The notes: generated by a model from the sequence alone, not told the origin. A DNA stretch of 64,000 bases from an uncultured Gammaproteobacteria bacterium (GCA_963764725.1 CAVXTM010000004.1:1-64000), one strand, 5' to 3'. Counted from the first letter of the stretch, positions 1 through 8,486 are shown. Numbers and translations: made by a program.

Positions 1-406
1 CCGGCAGATGTTTGGAATCTTTGCAGCGTTCGGCTTGAACCCTCTTCCGTAACTACGGTACCGCCCTTGACCCGTGCAAGCGCTACAACAATGGGTCTGC
101 GACCGGCGTTCCCTGAAGGACGCTTTTCTTTGAGAGGTTTTGCTGGAAGTGCGCCACAGCAAATATCTGCTGGACAAAGGCCGTCTCGGCTCGAGTGGGC
201 GTCAGGAAGATCGCCTTGTGTTGATCCACCCAATCCCTGATGAAGTCACTTCGATTGAGCCGATCCAGTTCATTCCGCACTTCCCGCGTAGAGATCAGAC
301 GCCCGTTTGCAACAAGCCGATCTACGGACTGCCACAGCGTTGGAAATCGGGTGGGGTAATAGTTGCCGAGCACTCGCAGACTGTTGTTATCCAGGACGTA
401 GATCAC
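1..406 (-). CDS. DUF4411-family PIN-like protein (runs off window; apparent frameshifts near 40 and 90)
   Basis: MIYVLDNN..NYYP..FPTLW N-terminus. Correcting two homopolymer indels gives ADPFVVALARVKGGTVVTEE...KIPNIC, the usual C-terminus. Overlaps the stop of the ImmA gene. Confidence 0.75.
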
Positions 407-1581
407 TAAGACGCTGCTCTTTTCATGAACAGCTCCTCAAGCGCGGTCAAGCTACGGACCTTCACGCCGAGGTAATCAGCAAGTTGGTCCCTTGAAATCG
501 AGCCTTGGTAATACTTGCCGAAAGCCAGTGACATGAAATGCTCGCCCAGATAACTGGCTTTGGTCAGGTAGTAATCGCCGCCACCCTCACCTTCACCGAC
601 CGATACCTCAGTCTCTTCCCTCCATTCGGATACCCGATTGCGATATTCGGACGCCGAAATACGGTGCAGGTCCCGATACTTCCGCAAAATGACCAGCCGA
701 CTGACCTTGTATCGGTTCGCTAATCGCGACAGGGTAAAGTCGTCCGGAGCTTGCGGCAGGTCCTTCACTTGAGCGGCGAAGTCAGCATTTGGAACCAGCA
801 AAGCCGCGGAAAAAGCGTTGCACCGCTGCTCAAGAAGTTTGGCACCTTGAGACAGCCCGTCCATGTAGTCGTCGCCAAATTTGGTGATTGACTCCGTATC
901 GAAAAGAAGATGGGCCAACTCATGGAACAGGCTGAAGATTTGACGCTGCTTCGCAGTCGAGTTGTTAATGACGATGACCGGAAACTCATCGTCGCGAAGA
1001 CAGAATCCGGAAACGTCCTTCTGCTTGAAGGAACGTTTGAAAACGAAAATTCCGGAGTCCTCCACCTTTGAACGCCATGCCTTTAGCGCTTCATCCGCTG
1101 TACGCCATTGCAGTTGCTGATCGAGCCCGACGGTCAAATACTCACGAACAAATGCGGCAAGCGCGGCGAAAGACCGATCGGTGAGACTAGACACATCACG
1201 CAGTAGGCGCTGCTTGCTCGGATTGACGCCAACGGTAAGTTCTTTGAGAGCGAGTTGTGTCGCCTGTGCCTCGCGCACGGCATACAGGGTGTCAGGAGAA
1301 AGATGTTCCAATTCGAAGGCAGGTAAGGTCCGGAAGAACCTTTTCGGATCGCGCTCCTCTGGTGGCTCGGGAAAGAAGAACAGCGCAAGAGGGCGTTTAT
1401 AGAGCGAATAAGCGATTCGTTCGAGCTGCGAGTACGTCGGCGCGCCAATGCCCTGCTCCCACCCTTCTATTACGGTCGCGTCTTTGCGCAGCGTAAGCGC
1501 GACATCATCGACAGAAAGACCTGCACGCTCCCGTGCCCATTGGAGCACTTTCCCCGAAAGCCCGGCGACCTGTTCAGCCAT
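406..1581 (-). CDS. XRE HTH + ImmA/IrrE-family Zn metallopeptidase
   Basis: N-terminal HTH (LQWARERAGLS...), RQIFSLFHELAH HExxH motif, EQRCNAFSAALLVP. ATG at 1581. Confidence 0.9.
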   Translation of the reverse strand: MAEQVAGLSGKVLQWARERAGLSVDDVALTLRKDATVIEGWEQGIGAPTYSQLERIAYSLYKRPLALFFFPEPPEERDPKRFFRTLPAFELEHLSPDTLYAVREAQATQLALKELTVGVNPSKQRLLRDVSSLTDRSFAALAAFVREYLTVGLDQQLQWRTADEALKAWRSKVEDSGIFVFKRSFKQKDVSGFCLRDDEFPVIVINNSTAKQRQIFSLFHELAHLLFDTESITKFGDDYMDGLSQGAKLLEQRCNAFSAALLVPNADFAAQVKDLPQAPDDFTLSRLANRYKVSRLVILRKYRDLHRISASEYRNRVSEWREETEVSVGEGEGGGDYYLTKASYLGEHFMSLAFGKYYQGSISRDQLADYLGVKVRSLTALEELFMKRAAS

Positions 1582-1907
1582 GATGCGGCCCCTTTCTCTG
1601 TGGCGACCATTTTGCACTAGGCTCCCGACCGGTGGGTGCAATCGCGCCTTCCGCCTTCATCTTCGACATACTTTGCCCTGGGCACCTTGAACAGCTCGCC
1701 GCGCACCTCGTTGAGCTCGAACGGGTCCGCTTCGCTGATGCGGCGGTCGGCTTAGCGATCCAGAAAGTCCACGAGCCATTTCTTGTTGGATTCTACCTCC
1801 GTGGTTGGGCGTAGAAGTATTCTGCGCTCCATGCGGGCCGTAGAATATAGGCCCCTATACTCCACGTCGGCGCCGCAAGTTGCAAGAACTGTATTCTCGA
1901 ACGGAAA

Positions 1908-2111
1908 TCAACCTATGCAGCGCGCGTAGGGCGAAAACGTCTCGACGTAACGCCGTTGCCTCTCGGCGTAGATGGTGTTGAACGCCAGCGACGATTTCCC
2001 CGATCCCGACACACCGGTGACCACGATCAGCTCGTTCAGCGGCAGCTCGAGGTCAAAACCCTTCAGGTTGTTCTGCCGGGCGCCTTTAATAAGGATGTGG
2101 TCGTGCGACAT
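1908..2111 (-). pseudogene. uvrA: excinuclease ABC subunit A, 5' fragment
   Basis: [10 protein letters not shown]...[34 protein letters not shown], then an abrupt end. Confidence 0.9.
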
Positions 2112-2172
2112 GAGAAGCGGCGGAAAGCTAAGAAAGCCGCGAGTATAACGGGCAACGCAGAGCGGAGCACCG

Positions 2173-2480
2173 GTGGACGATACGTCGTGCTCGCGCCCAA
2201 CCGCTGGAAGCTCGGGAAAGGGGTGCGGGTCGTGAACCAGACGCTGAACGGATTAGGGTTGGAACAACATCCCGAGAAAACGTTTATCGGTAGGATAGAA
2301 CAAGGCTTTGATTTTTTGGGCTATCACCTTCGTCCAGACAGGCTTGCCGCGGCCAAGACGGTTGAGCGTTTTCGTTGAACGTGCGAGCCCGCTTTATGAG
2401 CGCAAGCCGGGGGAGACTTTCGACTCCTCCCGGCTTGGACGGTATGTGCAACGGTGGCTCAGGTAGGCCCGAGCTGGGTT
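2173..2480 (+). pseudogene. group II-like reverse transcriptase, 3' remnant 1
   Basis: Starts at VDD (xDD motif), then [17 protein letters not shown]...HPEKTFIGRIEQGFDFLGY...RLGRYVQRW. Contains frameshifts and a stop. Confidence 0.8.
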
Positions 2481-2603
2481 TTCGGAGGGAGTGATAGAAG
2501 TGTGACCCCATTGCCGCAACTATCTCATTGTGGGCGGTGGCTGCCTTGGCACACCTCCATTATTAACCTATCAAATACCGTTGATTTCTATCCATTGCAC
2601 TTA

Positions 2604-2900
2604 CTAACAATGGCCACACGGCCAATTGTTATCGATGTTAAATGCTTTGTTGTATATTGCTCTATGCATAGCCATTTCTATGGCGTGCGCCATTGTTGGT
2701 GATATATAAATTCCCCCTCTGGTCTTATCCAGCTGGATTTCTGTTAATCTCATTTTTATGTTTGAGTCATTATTTCGGTCCTGCACCGTTTGGTAACGAT
2801 GTCTGGTAGAAGTGCTTGATTCATTCGCAGCCACCACTGGTGTTAGGCCTGTGAGGGCGACCATCAGGCTAAAGATTGCAATGTATTGTCGCTGTTTCAT
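2604..2900 (-). CDS. secreted precursor peptide 1 (Sec signal + pro-region + LTEIQLDKTRGG + 35-aa core)
   Basis: AAGGAG RBS. Signal MKQRQYIAIFSLMVALTGLTPVVAA is paralogous to 3278-3556 and 4673-4939. Confidence 0.8.
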   Translation of the reverse strand: MKQRQYIAIFSLMVALTGLTPVVAANESSTSTRHRYQTVQDRNNDSNIKMRLTEIQLDKTRGGIYISPTMAHAIEMAMHRAIYNKAFNIDNNWPCGHC

Positions 2901-3053
2901 TTCTACTCTCCTTCAATATTGAATTAACAAACATGGGTGTACCACGCTAAGTCCCGGACGTCCACAACCTTCCCCGCGGTGACTGCGTCCATTTGGTGTG
3001 CCGTGAGTTCGATTGTCTGGGGTGGGACGGGGTCGGAATGAGAATTCGCGGGC

Positions 3054-3127
3054 CCGGGGAGACACTTTCGAGTCTCCCCGGCTTGGTAGGTACGTACAAC
3101 GGTGGTTCAGGTGGGCCCGAGCTGGTT
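3054..3127 (+). repeat. RT 3'-end remnant 2 (hairpin + ~45-nt tail only)
   Basis: ccggggagac-actttcga-gtctccccgg perfect 10-bp stem, then a tail encoding RLGRYVQRWFRWARAG. Homologous to 2404-2480 and 4124-4194. Confidence 0.85.
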
Positions 3128-3277
3128 ATGGTTGCGTGCGCTTGGAGAACGGGGCCAGCCTGGTTTTCGCCTCGCTGAGCGTGAGGTCAAGCTTTGCCAA
3201 ACCGTCGCCGAGTATTGACGTGGCCAATTTCTTCAACTCGATCCCTCACAGGTTATGATGATGTGTCCAGTGACCCC

Positions 3278-3556
3278 TCATAGCCCCGCACATGCTATGT
3301 GTCTGCAGGTTACTCCGCGGCCATCGGAACCGTAGGGCGGGGGTGAGAGTTGTTTGTCCTCATTTATCATACCACCATATAATTTGTCCATTTGCTCGGG
3401 CGACAGTCTATACCCTGGGCTACTCTCGAACTGCCGCGTGTCTGGTTGGATTCGCTCACCACGTGATGTTCTTTCTGCATCCGCCACTACCACGGGCGAC
3501 AGACCAATGAGCCCCATTATCATGGTCAAGGCTGTGATATATTGTCGCTGTTTCAT
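3278..3556 (-). CDS. secreted precursor peptide 2 (Sec signal + pro-region + LSPEQMDKLYGG + 30-aa core)
   Basis: AAGGAG RBS, MKQRQYITALTMIMGLIGLSPVVVA signal. Confidence 0.8.
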   Translation of the reverse strand: MKQRQYITALTMIMGLIGLSPVVVADAERTSRGERIQPDTRQFESSPGYRLSPEQMDKLYGGMINEDKQLSPPPYGSDGRGVTCRHIACAGL

Positions 3557-3769
3557 TTCTCTCTCCTTCAATAATGAATTAACAAACATGGGTACACGAT
3601 GGTCCCTGCCGGTTCTCTCGCCTCTACTACCCAGTAAGGAATATTTGATATAGGCGCTGGGCCCCGGGTCCCATCTTGCAACGCGAATATAGAGGGGTGA
3701 AAGGATTTGATCTGTGAAATATTTCACGGAAAAAGTGTGAAATATTCACAAAATCTGTTGTGGAACACT
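3557..3769. repeat. conserved ~210-bp upstream region of precursor 2
   Basis: Closely similar to 4940-5153. The first ~40 bp are also present at 2901-2941. Confidence 0.9.
3713..3750. promoter_or_regulatory. tandem palindromic operator-like sites
   Basis: GTGAAATATTTCAC (perfect palindrome, 3714-3727) and TGTGAAATATTCACA (3736-3750). Repeated at 5098-5135. Confidence 0.6.
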
Positions 3770-3949
3770 GGGCTAATGGAAGACTTTCAATGAGAGGGTC
3801 CATTGAGCTTTTAACTAGATCCAACCTTGCCCTGACTCATTGCGCAAAATGAGGGGGTTTCCTGAGGGTGGGCATTAGCCTCCTAATCCGTGCACCTCCT
3901 GTCGCTCCGACGCCGCGCGTGCCCCTGGCGCCCGCGGGAGGAGACCTCC

Positions 3950-4194
3950 ACCAGACGCTGAACGGATTAGGGTTGGGAAAAACATCCCGAGAAAATGTTG
4001 ATCGGTACGATAGAAAAACCTTTGATTTTTTGGGCTATCACTTTCGCCCAGGCAGGCTTGCCGTGGCCAAAGACGGTTGAGCGTTTCGTTGAATGTGCGA
4101 GCCGGCCTTATGAGCGGAAGCATGGGGAGACTTTCTAGTCTCCCCCGGCTTGGTACGTACGTGCAACGGTGGTTCAGATGGTCCCGGGCGGGGC
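3950..4194 (+). pseudogene. group II-like reverse transcriptase, 3' remnant 3
   Basis: [11 protein letters not shown]...FDFLGYHFRPGRLAVAK...RLGTYVQRWFRWSRAG, hairpin ggggagact..agtctcccc. DNA aligns to 2236-2480. Confidence 0.8.
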
Positions 4195-4672
4195 TCGGCG
4201 AGGTCCGCCTCTTGTGGGTTTGGCACAAGGGGTTTCGCCGTAGCGTATGAAGGTTGTCTGGCGGCCGCCGCCGAAGTGGGTGGACCGGCTGTCTTTGGGC
4301 TTTGGTAGAATCCCAACCCCGAGATCACGTCAACCAAAAGCGAATGGTCACACACCAACATCCTTCGCCCCTCACCACCCCCCATTACAACAAGGTGCCG
4401 GCTGCGCAACACACACCTCGCGCCGGTACCCCCTATCCTCAGGTCACCCAGACCTCTTCAATCTCGTCTGTGGATACACCTCATCCCACACTCTCGAGGG
4501 GACACACCTAAACAACAATCTACACCGCGCTACAAACTCGTCTTCATTGCGGGACCTTGGGTATACGCGCGACGGCCCGACATCCCTGGTGCTTCTCTAT
4601 ATAACCCTGCCTCACCTGCGCGTCGCCCCCGAAGCTACGCCATCCAATAACACCCCGACATCCCGTCCGTCA

Positions 4673-4939
4673 CTACCGTATCCGATCATATAGTATGTGC
4701 TCGGCCGCTTGCTTGAACGCGCCGGTGAACCTGGTCAAACGGTGGAGAGTCTCTCCGGCATGGACTCTGTCCAACTGCGCTTGCCCTAGTTCGTATCGTT
4801 GCGGGCTCTCTCTATCTTGTCGGGCCTCCTGTATCCTACCACTTACTGATGTGCTCCCCGCATCCGCCGTTACAATTGGTGACAGACCCGTGAGGGTCAT
4901 TATCAGACCAAAGATTGTGATATATTGACGCTGTTTCAT
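4673..4939 (-). CDS. secreted precursor peptide 3 (Sec signal + pro-region + LGQAQLDRVHAG + 26-aa core)
   Basis: AAGGAG RBS, MKQRQYITIFGLIMTLTGLSPIVTA signal. Confidence 0.8.
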   Translation of the reverse strand: MKQRQYITIFGLIMTLTGLSPIVTADAGSTSVSGRIQEARQDRESPQRYELGQAQLDRVHAGETLHRLTRFTGAFKQAAEHILYDRIR

Positions 4940-5153
4940 TTCTCTCTCCTTCAATAATGAATTAACAAAGATGGGTGTACGATGGTCCCCTGCCGGTTGT
5001 CTCGCCTCTACCACGCAATAAGGAATATTTGATAGAGGCGCTGGGCCCCGGGTCCCATCTTGCAACGCACATATAGAGGGGTGACCGCAATTTGGTCTGT
5101 AAAATATTTCACGGAAAAAGTGTGAAATATTCACAAAATCTGGTGTGGAGCAC
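4940..5153. repeat. conserved upstream region of precursor 3, including palindromes at 5098-5135
   Basis: Direct repeat of 3557-3769. Confidence 0.9.
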
Positions 5154-5267
5154 TTTGAATGGAGGGACCATGCTATGCACGCTTGCTGAGCGCGTTACTG
5201 CGCTACCCGCGGTACTGACGCCGGGGGGCGCCCGCCTCGTCCAAGGAGATGCAGCCCGACTTCATTC

Positions 5268-5885
5268 ATGCGAACTTGGATCCCCATTGCTCTGATCCTC
5301 AGTGCCGCGGTCGGGGTGCCCTTGCTGGCCGTCGAACGGGGGCCCGTCGAATCGCTCCTGGAAATGCGGCGAGATCGAGTGGTGGTTCAGAAGTGGGACT
5401 TAAGTTGTGGCGCCGCGGCGCTTGCCACTCTACTGAATTACCAGCACGGCGACCCAGTTGCGGAGAGGGAGATCGCGCGGGCGCTGATGCAACGCCGGGA
5501 ATACCTGGCCGATCCGTTGCGGGTGCGGGTGCAGCAAGGGTTCTCTCTGCTCGACCTCAAGCGCTACGTCGATAAGCGGGGTTATGAGGGCATCGGCTAC
5601 GGCCGGCTTACGCTTCAGGACCTGATCGAACAGGCCCCCATTCTGGTGCCGCTCAGCCTGCACGGTTACAATCACTTTGTCGTGTTCCGCGGCAGGCGCG
5701 GGGATCGGGTACTGATTGCGGATCCCGCCTGGGGGAACCGTACCCTGCGGGTAGAGAGATTCGAGGAGGCCTGGATTGACTCTCCAGAGATCGGTAAGGT
5801 AGGTTTCGTGGTGGTGGGGCGTGAGGGCAGCACGCCGCCTAATCGCCTCGCCCCTCGCGCTAGTGATTTCGTGATGTTGCGGTAA
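5268..5885 (+). CDS. stand-alone C39-family peptidase with signal peptide (FapD-like)
   Basis: QKWDLSCGAAALATLL (Cys), YNHFVV (His), IADPAWGN (Asp), GFSLLDLKRY. AAGGAG upstream. Confidence 0.9.
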   Translation: MRTWIPIALILSAAVGVPLLAVERGPVESLLEMRRDRVVVQKWDLSCGAAALATLLNYQHGDPVAEREIARALMQRREYLADPLRVRVQQGFSLLDLKRYVDKRGYEGIGYGRLTLQDLIEQAPILVPLSLHGYNHFVVFRGRRGDRVLIADPAWGNRTLRVERFEEAWIDSPEIGKVGFVVVGREGSTPPNRLAPRASDFVMLR

Positions 5886-5908
5886 GCCATCAATCAGAAA
5901 GGACGCAA

Positions 5909-7186
5909 ATGACACCACCCAGGGGTTCGCGCCAGCTGATGCAAGGCGCGGCCTTAGGCGCATCTTTCGCTTTGGTGGGACTGGTTGTGGCCGGGCCCCA
6001 GACAAAGCAGGCCGGCTCTCATCCTCAGCCGACGATGGAGGAACTGATGCGAAGGCTCGAGGAGCGCGACGCCCTCATTGTTGATCTGCAGCGACGCGTT
6101 GGAGAGCTCGAGCGGCAAATCGCCACGCCGCCCGTTAACCCGCAACCGGTGGCTGCCAAGCCCGTGCCCTCAGTGCCGCCGGTAGCCTCATCGGCTGAGC
6201 AGAAGCCATCGAACGCGGAGCGTCGGAGCGACAGGATGTCGCCGGCCAGTACAGGGACGTACGCATCGACACAAGCCGAAGAGGCTCCAGCGGCTGCAAG
6301 CAGCGCGGCGCCGGCAGTGCCCGGCCAATTCGAGGTCGATGAGGAGGCCGCCGAGCGCGCGCTGGAGCAGACACTGGTCGTGACGGGCGCACTCCTTCTG
6401 CCATTTGGACAGGCCGACATCCAGCCCAGCTTCACCTATATCCGAAGCGAGGAAGAAGCACCTACCCTCTTAGCGCAAGGTGTGGCTGCATCGCAAGATG
6501 TTCGCCGCAATACCTTCATCGCCGATCTTTTTCTGCGCTTCGGTCTACCCTTCGACTCACAACTGGAGGTCGGCATTCCTTATCGATATGTAGAGCAGCA
6601 AGTGGTCACAGAAGTAGATTTCGGCGCGCGGGCCGAGACGGAGTCTCATGGCTCCGGATTCGGCGATCTCGGTTTCGGCCTGGCCAAGGGGTTGCTGGAA
6701 GAGCGCAACTGGTGGCCGGATCTAATCGGTAGGGTGACATGGGATACTGACTCCGGTGAAACCTCCGATGACGGCTTTTCGCTTGGCGGCGGCTTCCACG
6801 AGCTCCAGGGTTCGTTAACCATGACCAAGCGCCAGGACCCGCTGGTGTTCATCGGCAGCGCCTCCTACGGGACTACATTCGAAAAGGACGATTTCAATCC
6901 GGGCGACCAGCTTGGCTTCTCGGTCGGGGCGGTGCTGGCCGCCAGTCCTGAGACCTCGCTGCGCGTTGTTCTCAATCAGACATTCGTCAGCGAGCTGGAG
7001 GACGAGGATAGGACCATCAGCGGATCCGATCAGGTGTTCGGAACGCTGAACTTTGGGGCCTCCTCGATCATCGGCCGCGGGAAATTTCTCGACCTGACGG
7101 CTGGGATAGGTTTGACCGATGAGGCCCCCGATTACTCAGCAGGGATTTCTCTCACGATTAGCTTCGACGTCCCCACTCGCTTCTAG
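5909..7186 (+). CDS. outer-membrane beta-barrel transporter with N-terminal coiled coil (FapF-like)
   Basis: Signal, heptad segment MEELMRRLEERDALIVDLQRRVGELERQI, Pro/Ala linker, RALEQTLV..GALLLP, GFGD, DPLVF, IGLTDEAPD, terminal Phe. Confidence 0.8.
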   Translation: MTPPRGSRQLMQGAALGASFALVGLVVAGPQTKQAGSHPQPTMEELMRRLEERDALIVDLQRRVGELERQIATPPVNPQPVAAKPVPSVPPVASSAEQKPSNAERRSDRMSPASTGTYASTQAEEAPAAASSAAPAVPGQFEVDEEAAERALEQTLVVTGALLLPFGQADIQPSFTYIRSEEEAPTLLAQGVAASQDVRRNTFIADLFLRFGLPFDSQLEVGIPYRYVEQQVVTEVDFGARAETESHGSGFGDLGFGLAKGLLEERNWWPDLIGRVTWDTDSGETSDDGFSLGGGFHELQGSLTMTKRQDPLVFIGSASYGTTFEKDDFNPGDQLGFSVGAVLAASPETSLRVVLNQTFVSELEDEDRTISGSDQVFGTLNFGASSIIGRGKFLDLTAGIGLTDEAPDYSAGISLTISFDVPTRF

Positions 7187-7219
7187 CATTCCTATTTTGG
7201 CGGATCATCGGCAAGGTCA

Positions 7220-7412
7220 TTCGTGCATGATCAGCTAGCAGACCTGGAAGCTCCGGAATTTCAGCTTCCGGATGGCCTTGGCGGAACAGTACCACGGCAA
7301 CTATGGAAACAGGCGCGGGCTATTCGAGAATCTATCGTGGTGACCCTCCCCAGCCTGCCTGAAGAGCCTGGGCAGACGTGGCTTAATGAGACTTGGTGGT
7401 TTTTGGCCACAG
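7220..7412 (+). repeat. 193-bp copy of an internal segment of the patatin gene (34429-34621)
   Basis: Direct alignment by eye, about 3 mismatches. Confidence 0.95.
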
Positions 7413-8032
7413 CGAGCGTAGCGTGCGCTGTGCGCACGAATAACTACAGTTACCGCGTGGCCACATTTCGTCGTGCTGTCACGCCTGGGGCGACGTACTT
7501 TTTTACTGTCAATACCTATCGACGTCAGGCGCTATTGACCGATCCACCCGTGTACTCTGCGCTGAGCGAGGCACTACGGGCGGTAAAAGGTCCGCATCCG
7601 TTTACCATCGATGCCTTTGTCTTGTTGCCTGACCATCTGCACTGCCTGTGGACGTTACCCGAAGGCGATGCGGACTATGCATCGCGCTGGAACTTGGTGA
7701 AACGGAGGGTAAGCCAACAGGTCAGGCACTTGATTACGACCGATCTGACCTCATCACGCCGCAAGCGACGGGAATTGGGGTTATGGCAACGCCGCTTTCT
7801 GGGAACACCCGATACGCGACGACCTTGACTTTGCTAAACACGTCGATTACGTCCATTGGAACCCGGTTAAACATGGTTACGTTATCCGGGTGGCCGACTG
7901 GCCGTATTCGAGCTTTCATCGTTATGTGACGCGAGGTCTCTACCCTTTAACATGGGCCAGCCATGCGGAAGACGATGCGGGGCGGTATGGCGAGACGCTC
8001 TAATCGTGCGCATAGCGCACGCTACACTCGCT
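7411..8032 (+). mobile_element. REP-associated tyrosine transposase (RAYT/TnpA-REP) at 7457-8003 with flanking inverted REPs
   Basis: GATYFFTVNT, LPDHLHCLW (HUH), WQRRFWEH.IRD, YVHWNPVKHG after a +1 frameshift near 7798. 29-bp IR agcgagcGTAGcgtgcgctgtgcgcacga at 7411-7439 and 8004-8032. Confidence 0.9.
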
Positions 8033-8267
8033 AGCACGCGGTAAGCGTTTCCCTTGATGTCGCGCTGCTCGCGTGCACGGCGCTCGCACGAGCAACTACG
8101 GGGCAGATCTTGTTCCTTGCATACACCCGTAGCCACAGCACCTCGCGCATCCCTCAAATTAACCATTCAAAGGATCTGAACCTCCTCATAGCTTCCTGGA
8201 GAAGCACCATGGACCGCGCGCACCGCAGCTGCGATATCGTTCTGTATGCGGAGCCAGCTTGTCGATG

Positions 8268-8486
8268 TCACAACAACAGTGGCAATGCGTCGCGCGCAAG
8301 GTTCTGCTGATGTATGAGGTTCTTATCGGTCGTGACAAATACTTCAAACCCATCTTGTTCTGCGGCGTCAAGCAATTCGCTGTTCTTGAGCTTCGACCAG
8401 CCACGTTCGTGTGCAGTCGAGACTTCGTGCTGCGTCAACGATTCCCGCAAGGGCACCGGTACTCCCTGATCAAACAGTACGCGCAC
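8268..8486 (-). CDS. DUF5615/VapC45-like PIN toxin (probably frameshift-truncated)
   Basis: MRVLFDQGVP...GWSKLKNSELL..AE..GFEVFVTTDKNL.HQQNL. Downstream of DUF433. Confidence 0.8.
   Translation of the reverse strand: MRVLFDQGVPVPLRESLTQHEVSTAHERGWSKLKNSELLDAAEQDGFEVFVTTDKNLIHQQNLARDALPLLL

Noticed and set aside
2604-4939. Precursors as FapB/FapC amyloid subunits, or the longer ORF starts at 3727 and 5134
   Set aside because: No Asn/Gln-rich repeats. RBS position and paralogy support the MKQRQYI starts, and the upstream extensions use different frames in the two copies.
5050-5064. sigma-54-like GG-N10-GC (cGGgtcccatcTTGCA) in the repeated leader
   Set aside because: Poor -24 match, and it points away from the precursor genes. 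Not supportable.
2173-5153. Canonical DGR or intact group II intron
   Set aside because: No TR/VR pair differing at adenines, no avd-like gene, no intact RT, and no recognisable domain V/VI after the RT tails.
7223-7828. Novel 201-aa patatin-RAYT fusion protein
   Set aside because: Chance read-through of a duplicated fragment and REP into the RAYT frame.
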